A stretch of DNA of 33,073 bases from a virus. Its lineage: Duplodnaviria > Heunggongvirae > Uroviricota > Caudoviricetes. The stretch lies in IMG/VR virus record IMGVR_UViG_2879765931_000003; one strand, written 5' to 3'. Within the stretch, counting starts at the first letter, position 1, and the number at the start of each line of letters is the position of its first letter. Both the position numbers and the translations under genes were made by a program. The notes under the pieces were generated by a model. It was given only the letters and a program-made list of their open reading frames with translations. It was not told the DNA's origin and did no database searches. This document shows positions 22,551 to 33,073 of this stretch, piece by piece.

Positions 22551-23009
22551 CTATCTCCCGTGATTCAGGAAGTCGATTAGTTCTTCGCGTGTGGCGCTGT
22601 AAAAAGTCACGTCATCCACGCCTTTGAAGTATTTCTTGATGGTTCCTACACGCTTAAGGCCAATCATTGCGCAGTACATCTGACCGTGTCGGAATTTGCG
22701 TGCAGCGAACGATGTTACGCACTGAACGGTGGTGTTAGTCAGAATGTATCGCCAGAACGCCAGCCCAATTTCCTTGCTGAAGCCGCGAATCTCTGGCAGG
22801 TACATGGCGTGGCAATCTAATGTCAGCGGCTGAATCTCCTGATAGTAAACAATGCCGCCAAACTGACCGTGCACGTTCACCTCAAAGTAACGGCATTCAG
22901 GTTTGTAGTCGTATCCATCACCGTTGTTGCTCCCGGCGATAATGTCAGGGTGATTTCCGACTGCTTCTATCAGGTCGATGTTTCGCGTTGGTTTGAATGT
23001 AATCATCAC
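22551..23009 (-). CDS. P22 gp14-like protein (assigned by position)
   Basis: 152 aa between the needle and gp7-like genes; assignment by synteny only. Confidence 0.45.
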   Translation of the reverse strand: MMITFKPTRNIDLIEAVGNHPDIIAGSNNGDGYDYKPECRYFEVNVHGQFGGIVYYQEIQPLTLDCHAMYLPEIRGFSKEIGLAFWRYILTNTTVQCVTSFAARKFRHGQMYCAMIGLKRVGTIKKYFKGVDDVTFYSATREELIDFLNHGR

Positions 23010-23854
23010 TGCTCCGCGATTATCTTGATGGTTGTGGCAGTAAACGCCGCACCATTCGACTGAATGGTTAACGTACTGCCATTTGTGGCAAGAAAGCCGT
23101 CTTTATCCACGCTGAAGAACGTAGCTAACAGGATGTTGTCGGTTGTTGTCGCCGCATTACGACTGCTGACCAGTGTGTCAGGAACAGAGTCGGAAAAGGT
23201 TAGCTGCATTGACCTGTTGGCGGTTCCGCTGGGCCACGTGCCGACAATCGACAACTTGAAGAGCAGGGTTTTGTTCTCGTTGAACACAACCATCTTGTTG
23301 TTAACGGTGTCGAAGAATGGTGCCAACGAGCCGGATGACGGTGTGAGCGTTTTCAGCAGGCTAACAAGGTTGGTCGGCGCTGTCGGGATGGTTACAGATA
23401 CACCAGAGTAAACAACCTCTGACTTCTTGCGTGTGGTTGCATACTCCAGAGCATCGATGCGCGTTTCATGGTCTGAAACCTGCGACTCCAGCGACTGAAC
23501 TCTTGTGTCAAGCGACGAAATATCGCTTTCATTCTGAGCTATTCGTGTTTCATGGTCCTGAAGAGTTGATTCTGCCTGTCTGATTCGCTCCTCATGATTA
23601 ACAAGCGTTGCTTCCGCAGCAGAAATTCGCTGCTCATGGTCAGCGAGAATCACATCCTGCTCATCGTTCCTGACCTGTGCATCATAAGCGCCCTGTCCGG
23701 CCTCGTTGGCTTTGTTAGCCACGTTACCAACATCAGTGCCCTGTGCGATAACGTAAAGCAGATACGACTGCGAGAAGATATTGCGTGGAAGGACTGATGT
23801 ATCGAGCCGCGTAGCTTGGATGATTACCGGCACATTGAGATTCGAATCAGCCAT
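23006..23854 (-). CDS. Tail needle (P22 gp26-like) with an extended C-terminal domain
   Basis: [43 protein letters not shown]... N-terminus and heptad coiled-coil; 282 aa versus ~233 aa for P22 gp26, the extra residues being C-terminal. Confidence 0.8.
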   Translation of the reverse strand: MADSNLNVPVIIQATRLDTSVLPRNIFSQSYLLYVIAQGTDVGNVANKANEAGQGAYDAQVRNDEQDVILADHEQRISAAEATLVNHEERIRQAESTLQDHETRIAQNESDISSLDTRVQSLESQVSDHETRIDALEYATTRKKSEVVYSGVSVTIPTAPTNLVSLLKTLTPSSGSLAPFFDTVNNKMVVFNENKTLLFKLSIVGTWPSGTANRSMQLTFSDSVPDTLVSSRNAATTTDNILLATFFSVDKDGFLATNGSTLTIQSNGAAFTATTIKIIAEQ

Positions 23855-25272
23855 TACTCAATCCTTATCTGAGCGCCAGACAGAGTGACAGGTGACTTCG
23901 TGATAACGCGCAATTTGAAGCCGACATTTTTCCTGATGCGCCCTACTCGCTTCCACAAAACACGCTTGTCGTAAACGAACGGTTCATTCTGCTCAATCAT
24001 CTGCTCACGCCCGTAATTGATGCAGTCAGTGGTTGCAGAGAGAAAAAGGCGGTCGGCGTACTGCGCAACGCCAGTTGACGATTCAACCTCAAGGTCGAAC
24101 ACTCTGGCGTTATCCGCTTTGAAGAGTGGAGTAAACAGCAGGTGTTCCTGTTGCTTGTCGTACTGGCTGCTGATATCGAATTGCAGTTTCCCGGTAACAG
24201 ATTCCAGCTTATCGCCGCACGTTATCTGATTGCCTTCGTAAACGAAGTCGATAGCGCGGTACACATCGTCATACAGACCTGTTTTCAGCACACACCATTG
24301 TGGGCCATTGGCGCTTGAAGATGCGTCGTACACGAGGACGTGACGCGGAAGGTGGATAATCAGCAACTCATGAGCATCAAATCGCAGCGATTCCATCACA
24401 CCATCAGCCAGTTCATCAGCAGTGTAGGAGCGGAGGATTTTCTCAATGCTCGCGCTGGCAATTGGTGACACCTGACCGGAGTCGATGATATACACAGACG
24501 GCGCACCCGTTGCCGGATTGCTGATAAACGCATACGAATCAGCGAATGGCGTTTTGCAGTAAGTTCCGGCAATGCCTTTCTGCACCATCAGCGATGGTTG
24601 TGCAACATACAAAGCGGCACCAACGGTGGTTGCGCCAGTCAGGGAGAAATATTCAATAGTCGATGAACCAAAGCAGACGATGAAGTCTCGCCATGTCCCG
24701 ATACCGATGATGCCGTCAGGCTGAGACTCGGCACGATATTGTGCGCTGTAACGGTCAGGATGAGATTCGTCTTCAAGGTCAGTGATAAACCATGAATCAG
24801 TTCCGTCTTTTGACCACGCATAACGCCCACGTAAGCGCGTAATGTCGCGAACTGAACCTAACTCATACTGAGTGAATCCACTGTCTGTAGGCCAGTTTGA
24901 GACGGTTTTGACCGTGCCATCATAGCGATACTCGACCAGTTGACCATTAACGCCTACCGCCTGTGATGTCCGACCATGCGCCATTGATACACGACCACTT
25001 CCGGCAACATCACCGACTTCACTTTCTCCTTTGTACAGCTTGCCGCCACACACGCGATAAACAGCATTCTGCGCCATGTTGTACTCGACGCCGCGAGATA
25101 CACCGTTCACGTCAGAACGTTTGGCAATGCCCGGGAATGAGCGAAGATATCCGCTGCTGTTCAGGATTTCTTTGGGTGTAGCCAGCATATTCACTGGCAG
25201 ATAGTCGATATAGTCGGCGTTTCGGAAGTCTTTGCCGACACCTTTCATAAGCGGAAGTTGCTGAATAGGCAT
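23854..25272 (-). CDS. Tail accessory / head-completion protein, P22 gp10-like
   Basis: 472 aa, [49 protein letters not shown]... Confidence 0.85.
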   Translation of the reverse strand: MPIQQLPLMKGVGKDFRNADYIDYLPVNMLATPKEILNSSGYLRSFPGIAKRSDVNGVSRGVEYNMAQNAVYRVCGGKLYKGESEVGDVAGSGRVSMAHGRTSQAVGVNGQLVEYRYDGTVKTVSNWPTDSGFTQYELGSVRDITRLRGRYAWSKDGTDSWFITDLEDESHPDRYSAQYRAESQPDGIIGIGTWRDFIVCFGSSTIEYFSLTGATTVGAALYVAQPSLMVQKGIAGTYCKTPFADSYAFISNPATGAPSVYIIDSGQVSPIASASIEKILRSYTADELADGVMESLRFDAHELLIIHLPRHVLVYDASSSANGPQWCVLKTGLYDDVYRAIDFVYEGNQITCGDKLESVTGKLQFDISSQYDKQQEHLLFTPLFKADNARVFDLEVESSTGVAQYADRLFLSATTDCINYGREQMIEQNEPFVYDKRVLWKRVGRIRKNVGFKLRVITKSPVTLSGAQIRIE

Positions 25273-25772
25273 TATTCGCTCCCGTTATCGCAAGGTTCCT
25301 TTCGGTGGAAGTAATTCCAACCATTCCACTTCGCCAACTGGTTACCACTACCAACAGGCATACGGTTTGGATAACCGGACTTACATTTAGCTGCTTTTGC
25401 CCTGTCCATTGCAGACAGTTTGACGAGTCGCTCTTTCCCGTATCTGGCAGTGGTTATGAGTTTTGCAGACGCTTCCAGCGCATAATCTGGAGCAATTCGG
25501 CAGGCAAGGTTGAAAATGACGGCATTGATAGCGTTATTTGATAAACCGTGCTCATCGCCCGGATCCGGAGCAACATCTGCATCAGCAAAAATGTAGCCAA
25601 CGTTGATACCAGGTGACGCATCACCGCCAAGCCATTCAGCCATCATCATTTCAAGGTCGTTGACGCCGTCTTCCATAGACTGCGGTTCGACATCGGTTAA
25701 CGTGGCATTTGATGCAACACCGAGCTTACGTAATGCCGCAAGAACTAAATCACCCTTCGTTGTCAGGTTCAT
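25272..25772 (-). CDS. Tail accessory / head-completion protein, P22 gp4-like
   Basis: ...[29 protein letters not shown]...[14 protein letters not shown]...; start set at the internal Met ([10 protein letters not shown]) by analogy with gp4, while the listed ORF extends to 25841. Confidence 0.75.
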   Translation of the reverse strand: MNLTTKGDLVLAALRKLGVASNATLTDVEPQSMEDGVNDLEMMMAEWLGGDASPGINVGYIFADADVAPDPGDEHGLSNNAINAVIFNLACRIAPDYALEASAKLITTARYGKERLVKLSAMDRAKAAKCKSGYPNRMPVGSGNQLAKWNGWNYFHRKEPCDNGSE

Positions 25773-26028
25773 CTGCTGCCGCCTTAGGTTTTCGACCAGG
25801 CTTTTTACGCTGTTTTTCTTCTGGCTCTGGCTCTGCAACATCCTTCAAAAGGTCATCAGGATGTGAAAACCAGCCAGCATCCAGATATTCCTGAAGCTCT
25901 TCGGCTTTCACGATTTCAAAGTCGTAGCCAACGCCTTTCCACTTCTTCATGTCGCCATGACGAAAGATCATGTGTGTCATGCTTGTCTCCAGATAAAAAC
26001 GGGAGCCGAAGCTCCCTCTGGTTATCAC
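25750..26028 (-). CDS. Small hypothetical protein between coat and gp4-like genes
   Basis: 92-aa ORF with a charged C-terminal tail ([27 protein letters not shown]). Confidence 0.4.
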   Translation of the reverse strand: MITRGSFGSRFYLETSMTHMIFRHGDMKKWKGVGYDFEIVKAEELQEYLDAGWFSHPDDLLKDVAEPEPEEKQRKKPGRKPKAAADEPDNEG

Positions 26029-27320
26029 GCGGTCTGGTTAGGCAGACCAACACCAATTGCCTCTGGTCGTACAGCACATGCTGAATACCACACAGCAATA
26101 CGGCACTTACCAGACAGAGTGTTGATATCACCCTGCGTTGCGAAGATGCCGTTAACACCAATACCTGGAATGCTGAAGGAAGACGTTTTCATGCCAGCAA
26201 ACAGTTCATGGGTTACCGGGATCGGCTGAGACAGCAGGCGGATTGAGTCATCAGCCCAGAACACGTTAGCGGTGGTTGTTGCCACGTTCAGAACGTTTAC
26301 CGGAGTGGTATCAGCAAGAGAGGTGTTTACGTTAGCGTAAGCCTTCTCTTCTTTTGTCAGTGACGCGTCATCCAGCGCAATCGGCTTCGGCGTGATTTCG
26401 ATGTGAGTACCATCGATCACACGGGTGATTGAGAAAGTCGCGTCATCAGTCAGCACATTCTTCGCCATCTGAGACAGGAACTTCACACCAATGAAGCTGA
26501 TTTTGTCGCCGCGCTTAAATCCGGTGGTGGAGGATACGGTCACCGTTGCAACACGGTTGTCGACGTTCTCTTTGTTACCATCGGTATCAAGGGTGTATGC
26601 CTGCGGCTTAAACTTCTGCGCACCAGAAACAGTTACACCAGTCGCGGTTGACTTGGTAACTGCCGGAAGTTTCGGTGAGCGAAGAATTTCATCAAAGCCA
26701 GCAATCTGACGCTGAATAGTACCGTTTCGATATGCTTCTTCAGGAACGCGCCCGAAGATGTCACCATCTACCAGGTTGCGGCCTGCTTTGCGGTAATCGT
26801 CAGGGTTCAGGAAGTAACTGATGCCCATGTCGCGGTTTAGCTCACGGGAGAACATCAGTCGCTCTGCATCAGACACAAAATCCCAGCCAGGCAGGCCAGT
26901 CGATGGACCAATTGCGCGGGTATCGTGAACAACAAGCGAGCCCATTTCAGTTGCCTGTTTGGCAATCGCTGACTCAATGTTATTCGCCAGTTTTTTGGCG
27001 GATGCCTGGATGCGGCGACGGTAAGAACGCTCATCACGCAGGTCATCTGCACGAAGCTCGAAGAAATCGTTATCCGGATCGCCCATGTTGCACTTCACGG
27101 AGAGTTCCAGAATCCCGGTTGCGTTGCCAGTTAAATCCCAGCCAGTCTGGGTTGGCGCTTCCTGCTCAACAGGCATCCACACGGTGTTGCTTGAACGCTG
27201 CATGGATTCTGCCGGAGGGGAGTATTTTGTCACTTTTGACGCCATTGGCGTCAGGTTCTGGACGGTTCCGATGATTTCATCCAGAGCATACGTGACCAGT
27301 TGACCTTCATTTAATGCCAT
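26025..27320 (-). CDS. Major capsid (coat) protein, P22 gp5-like
   Basis: 431 aa, [21 protein letters not shown]...[16 protein letters not shown]... Confidence 0.9.
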   Translation of the reverse strand: MALNEGQLVTYALDEIIGTVQNLTPMASKVTKYSPPAESMQRSSNTVWMPVEQEAPTQTGWDLTGNATGILELSVKCNMGDPDNDFFELRADDLRDERSYRRRIQASAKKLANNIESAIAKQATEMGSLVVHDTRAIGPSTGLPGWDFVSDAERLMFSRELNRDMGISYFLNPDDYRKAGRNLVDGDIFGRVPEEAYRNGTIQRQIAGFDEILRSPKLPAVTKSTATGVTVSGAQKFKPQAYTLDTDGNKENVDNRVATVTVSSTTGFKRGDKISFIGVKFLSQMAKNVLTDDATFSITRVIDGTHIEITPKPIALDDASLTKEEKAYANVNTSLADTTPVNVLNVATTTANVFWADDSIRLLSQPIPVTHELFAGMKTSSFSIPGIGVNGIFATQGDINTLSGKCRIAVWYSACAVRPEAIGVGLPNQTA

Positions 27321-28231
27321 TATCGAATTCCTTTATTCAGTTGCGCCTTGAGCTTGCGGTACGTCTCTACATCCCCTTTGTTTGCTGCCGCCTCCATCTG
27401 CTTTTCAATCGCAGAGATATTTGCAGCAACAGCATGTCCCTGAATGGGTTCATCAGGTAACGGGGCTTCTGAAACAGGCTTGGCTCGAGGCTTGAGAGTT
27501 AAACGTTCTGACAGTCGAGTGAGTTCAATCAGCGCGGATTGCCCGTCCATCGCCAGCAACTGGCGTGTTTTCTCAGGATTAGCACCAAGGTGATACATGA
27601 GAGCGGCGGATTTCTCCGGGAAGAGGCGCATGATGTCGGCACCGACTGCTGGCGGCACCAGTTGCATGAATGCATCCTCTTTCTCCTGATAGTCAGGGAT
27701 ATTGAGCTTTTCCGCTGCCTCGTAGTGCTTACGGGCCGCCTCGACGTATTGCGCTGATTGCTGGGTGAACTCCTGAGTTTTGCGACCCTGCTCGGCGACA
27801 GCCTGGCTTCGTGCGTCCATAGCCTTGATCTGCCATTCACTGTTTGCCTGCTGGAAGGCAGCCAGTGCGCGGCTCTGGTCATAGTCGTACTTAGCCAGTG
27901 CATCTTCGGAAAGATAATCGTTAGGGTCTGGTTGTTTTGGTAACTCAGGGTTCACCCGCAGGTGCTCCGGCAACTCTCCACGCTTAACCGCTTCCATCTG
28001 CTGCTCAAGCTCACGCTGGCGTTTGCGTTCGATGCGGCGACGGGCAAATTCAGCATTAGTTGCCGGGTCTTGTTTTGGTTTCTCATCGTCTTTCAGGACA
28101 ATCTCAAAGCCTTCTTCCTGACCTGCGCTGTCGTTGGCATTATCGACAACTAAGCCATCAGCAGATGCCGCTGCATGATTGCCGGGCAGGGTTAATTCTT
28201 CAGAAGCCTGAATGTCGGTGGTTTGGTCCAT
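27320..28231 (-). CDS. Scaffolding protein, P22 gp8-like
   Basis: 303 aa, ...[53 protein letters not shown]... Confidence 0.9.
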   Translation of the reverse strand: MDQTTDIQASEELTLPGNHAAASADGLVVDNANDSAGQEEGFEIVLKDDEKPKQDPATNAEFARRRIERKRQRELEQQMEAVKRGELPEHLRVNPELPKQPDPNDYLSEDALAKYDYDQSRALAAFQQANSEWQIKAMDARSQAVAEQGRKTQEFTQQSAQYVEAARKHYEAAEKLNIPDYQEKEDAFMQLVPPAVGADIMRLFPEKSAALMYHLGANPEKTRQLLAMDGQSALIELTRLSERLTLKPRAKPVSEAPLPDEPIQGHAVAANISAIEKQMEAAANKGDVETYRKLKAQLNKGIR

Positions 28232-28244
28232 GATTAACTCTCTC

Positions 28245-30231
28245 TTATTGAGGTGTCTCGGCTACTCCGCCGGAGGGGATTTGAACTTGACGCATAAGAT
28301 TCGCGAAATCCATGCGTTGTGAATGAGTCTGGTCTGCATCTTTAAGAAGCAGCTCAGCGTTAGCACGAGCATCTTTGCTGCGCTGTTGCTGGAATTGACC
28401 TACGAGCCTGAGGTACTCACGCAGTTCTGCCTGCTTGTCGAGGTCCATATTGTTGAATATTTCTGCAATCTTCGCGGCGTTGAGTTGGTTTTGGGCTTCA
28501 ACCTTGGCAGCTTCAACCTGAATCTGCGCCTGTTGGTTCTCTGCCTTGAGCAATTCAGCCTGACCTTGCAGAAGGATACCCTGCGCCTGAATTTGCTCTG
28601 CTGATGGCTGCTGCGGCTGTTGTTGTGCCTGCTGCACCATCTCCATCTCTTCAGGTGTTTCTGGTTTCTTCAGCCCCATCATCACCAGTTGCTTGTTCGC
28701 GTACTCTCGCATCATCTCGACGCCTTTACCGTCAAGCAGCGTGAAGTATTGCAGCATCAGCATCTGGAACTCTGGAGTACCTTGCGGAACCTTGGTGAGC
28801 AACTCCTGAATCTCTGCGCGGTTCTGTTCCTTCATACTCTGGAAGGATGGCCCAACGTCTGTATAGCACTCATATCGACCGCGAATGTCGTTGAGTGTGA
28901 CCACATTGCCGGACTGGTAATCGACAACTTGCGCATAGAGTTGAACGTCTTTCTCGCTTCCATCTTCAAGTGTCAGCGTTACATGACGAGGAACGTCATA
29001 AATATCGTTGACCATTGAGGCATAAATCTCGCCATCACGTCGCATTGCGGTAGCCAGGTTATCCTGAAACACGTATGTCTCAAGGTCTGCCCGCATGTTC
29101 AGTTGATTGACGGTATCAAAAGCGACCTGACCATTTGCCGCCTGCGCATCCACGCCAAGACTAGCCACTTCTTTCACTGCGTTGGTGGCAGCCTCAAGCA
29201 TGTAAGCGTTGGCTTGCGGCACTTCAGGGTTTTCCATGTAGGAGATTGGACCAATCGGCAGGTCGTTACCGTTTTCATCGGTCCTGTTCTGCAGATAGTA
29301 CGGATAGTCATCATTTCCGCCGTACATGTATTCGTAGCCTTCGATTTGCTCAGGGAAGAAGGTCGGTTTCTTCTTCGGTGACCGAGCAACAATATCGGCG
29401 TTGAACGACATAATCATGTTACGAAGGCGTTGACCGTCTTTCGTCAGCCTTACCACACCCTCGTAGCACTCCTTGTCACCAGCGAATGACCATTCGCCAT
29501 ACACTGGAACGATTGGAATATGCTCTCCGGCTATCTTCTCGCGGTCTTTCAGTATCTGCGTACAGGTGATGATCGACTTATACACACGCCGACGCTTCAC
29601 CTTGCGCTCTGCTACCTTAATGAATCCACGATTAGCCAGGTCGTCGATGACGTCTTTGATATCCTGCTGGTAATAGCTGACCGGCTCACCTGTCAGCGGG
29701 TCGCGGTAGATGAAGACCTTCTCCTTCTCCTCTTCTACCTCGTAATACTCAGCGACGTAGACGACATCATTCGACACCCACGGGAATAGCCATGTATCGT
29801 TAGGATTCTGGAAAGATGGCAGGGTATCCGGGTCAATACCGTAATCCTCTGCGAACTCTTTCCAGCCATTGCGCGACAAGGCGTTAATCACCGTGCAGTG
29901 CTTAGCGTCGCTCTTATCCATCTGCTTGCTGTTGGCGTCTCATATGACGTGTGAGCAGGCTTCATGGATTGGCAGGCGTCGGATTACCTGATTGTTGCTT
30001 GTTGGATCGTTGTCTTCGTACTGCGTGACCAGACGCCATGCACCAACGCCTGACTCTATCTGCTCACGAACGCCAACGTTAACGGCAATCTTTGCCGTGT
30101 TATGGCGCATATCAGTACGATACATCCCCATCAATACATCGGCTGCATCAGGATTAGCGCCGTCTTTGGGTCGGAAGAGAACGTCGACAGGGTTCCGGCG
30201 CATCTCTGCGACCAGTTTCCTGACCCCCGGG
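28245..30231 (-). pseudogene. Portal protein, P22 gp1-like, with an in-frame TGA (29940-29942) and the 5' end removed by IS911
   Basis: ...[31 protein letters not shown]...[28 protein letters not shown]... is continuous in one frame; the IS911 terminus abuts at 30232. Confidence 0.88.
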
Positions 30232-30267
30232 TGAAGTGGCACACTGAATTTGGCCACCTGAACAGAG

Positions 30268-31472
<1,205 letters not shown>

Positions 31473-31500
31473 CCACTTCATTGCAACAAAGGTAAAGACG

Positions 31501-31788
31501 ATGGATGAAGAATATCGTAAAGACCTGCAACTGTGGTTTGGTCTTACGCATACGTCGTTCTGCGTGATGCCGCGAGTATTCATGGAGGCTATGCCTCCAG
31601 AATGGCAAGAGAAGATGGCTCAGTTGCTTTTTGAGTATAGCGACACGATCAAAACGGATGTCTGCGGAGTTCACAGCTGTTTTGTTACTGCCAAAGACGG
31701 CAACAACCGCTTTATGAGGATGCCAGAAGATATTCTGAACTATCGTCATCCTCGACGTGAATTCATCGAATCATTTCTGAAGAAGTAG
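31501..31788 (+). CDS. Hypothetical protein (95 aa) isolated between IS911 and IS2
   Basis: MDEEYRKDLQLWFGLTHTSFCVMPRVFMEAMPPEWQEKMAQLLFEY...; ATG at 31501 with AAAGG-like RBS upstream; the listed ORF start at 31402 lies inside the IS911 end. Confidence 0.45.
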   Translation: MDEEYRKDLQLWFGLTHTSFCVMPRVFMEAMPPEWQEKMAQLLFEYSDTIKTDVCGVHSCFVTAKDGNNRFMRMPEDILNYRHPRREFIESFLKK

Positions 31789-31844
31789 CCATTACAAAGC
31801 CTATCTACGGGTGGGTTTGATAATGGCTTATACTGGATTTGCCC

Positions 31845-32750
31845 CTATATTTCCAGACATCTGTTATCACTTAACCCATTACAAGCCCGCTGCCGCAGAT
31901 ATTCCCGTGGCGAGCGATAACCCAGCGCACTATGCGGATGCCATTCGTTATAATGCTCGAACGCCTCTGCAAGGTTCTTTGCTGCCGTTAACCCGTCTGG
32001 TTTGGGCATGATACTGATGTAGTCACGCTTTATCGTTTTCACGAAGCTCTCTGCTATTCCGTTACTCTCCGGACTCCGCACCGCCGTGTTCTTCGGTTCA
32101 AGTCCCAACATCCGGGCGAACTGGCGTGTTTCATTAGCCCGGTAGCATGAACCATTATCCGTCAGCCACTCCACTGGAGACGACGGAAGATCGTTGCCGA
32201 AGCGGCGTTCCACCGCTCCCAGCATGACGTCCTGTACTGTTTCACTGTTGAAGCCGCCGGTAGTCCCCGCCCAGTGCAGTGCCTCACGATCACAGCAGTC
32301 CAGCGCGAACGTGACACGCAGTCTCTCTCCGTTATCACAGCAGAACTCGAACCCGTCAGAGCACCATCGCTGATTGCTTTCTTTCACGGCCACTCTGCCT
32401 GTATGTGCCCGTTTCGATGGCGGTACAGCAGGTTTTCGCTCAAGCAACAGCGCATTCTGGCGCATGAGCCGGTAAACACGTTTGGCATTGATCGCAGGCA
32501 TACCATCAAGTTCTGCCTGTCTGCGAAGCAGCGCCCATACCCGACGATAACCATACGTGGGCAGCTCTCCGATAACATGGTGTATACGGAGAAGCACATC
32601 CGTATCATCAGTGTGACGACTGCGGCGGCCATCCATCCAGTCATCGGTTCGTCTGAGAATGACGTGCAACTGCGCACGCGACACCCGGAGACAACGGCTG
32701 ACTAAGCTTACTCCCCATCCCCGGGCAATAAGGGCGCGTGCGCTATCCAC
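31845..32750 (-). CDS. insD: IS2 InsD transposase
   Basis: 301 aa. Confidence 0.85.
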
Positions 32751-33073
32751 TTTTTTGCCCGTCCATATTCAACGGCTTCTTTGAGGAGTTCATTTTCCAT
32801 CGTTTTCTTGCCGAGCAGGCGCTGGAGTTCTTTAATCTGCTTCATGGCGGCAGCAAGTTCAGAGGCAGGAACAACCTGTTCTCCGGCGGCCACAGCAGTA
32901 AGACTTCCTTCCTGGTATTGCTTACGCCAGAGAAATAACTGGCTGGCTGCTACACCATGTTGCCGGGCAACGAGGGAGACCGTCATCCCCGGTTCAAAGC
33001 TCTGCTGAACAATTGCGATCTTTTCCTGTGTGGTACGCCGTCTGCGTTTCTCCGGCCCTAAGACATCAATCAT
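32708..33073 (-). CDS. insC: IS2 InsC
   Basis: 121 aa, [41 protein letters not shown]...; start codon at the last 3 nt of the window. Confidence 0.85.

Larger units (their letters stand above)
31834..33073 (-). mobile_element. IS2 (IS3 family), partial; continues beyond the window end
   Basis: Terminal sequence TGGATTTGCCCCTATATTTCCAGACATCTGTTATCACTTAACC; insC/insD pair. Confidence 0.85.

Noticed and set aside
29940-30257. 105-aa ORF starting MAKFSVPL
   Set aside because: The start lies inside the IS911 terminal repeat; only the portion from about 30231 downwards is the portal 5' fragment.

Overview
This window reads as an Enterobacteriaceae (Shigella / E. coli-type) chromosomal prophage graveyard: remnants of at least two temperate phages that used the tRNA-Thr (thrW-type) attachment site, heavily rearranged by insertion sequences. 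All family and IS names below are recognised from the protein sequences by memory, not by database search. Nine IS copies are present: four IS600 (970-2233, 6816-8079, 12231-13493, 16225-18796), two IS629-like (8124-9429, 17407-18712, the second nested inside an IS600), two IS911 (10085-11331, 30232-31480) and a partial IS2 (31834-33073). Between them sit two lysogenic-conversion cassettes, each next to a 46-nt tRNA-Thr 3' att core and the 3' end of a phage integrase gene. (1) Tail-fibre fragment, tfa, then gtrC-gtrB-gtrA (3392-6195, minus), with the gtrC-family gene split at a T9/A9 homopolymer. (2) A P22-like prophage remnant: ea-region fragments, xis split by IS911, int split by IS600, att core, a 390-aa acyltransferase-3 (Oac-like) gene in the slot where P22 carries gtrABC, a tailspike/fibre C-terminal fragment, and a late module on the minus strand (ejection proteins, tail needle, gp10, gp4, coat, scaffold, portal). 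The portal has an in-frame TGA and is 5'-truncated by IS911. There is no CRISPR array and no intact tRNA. I do not see a wholly new multi-gene system; the most interesting candidates are the acyltransferase cassette at a thrW-type att site, the conserved upstream block shared by the gtrA and acyltransferase loci, and the homopolymer-split gtrC.
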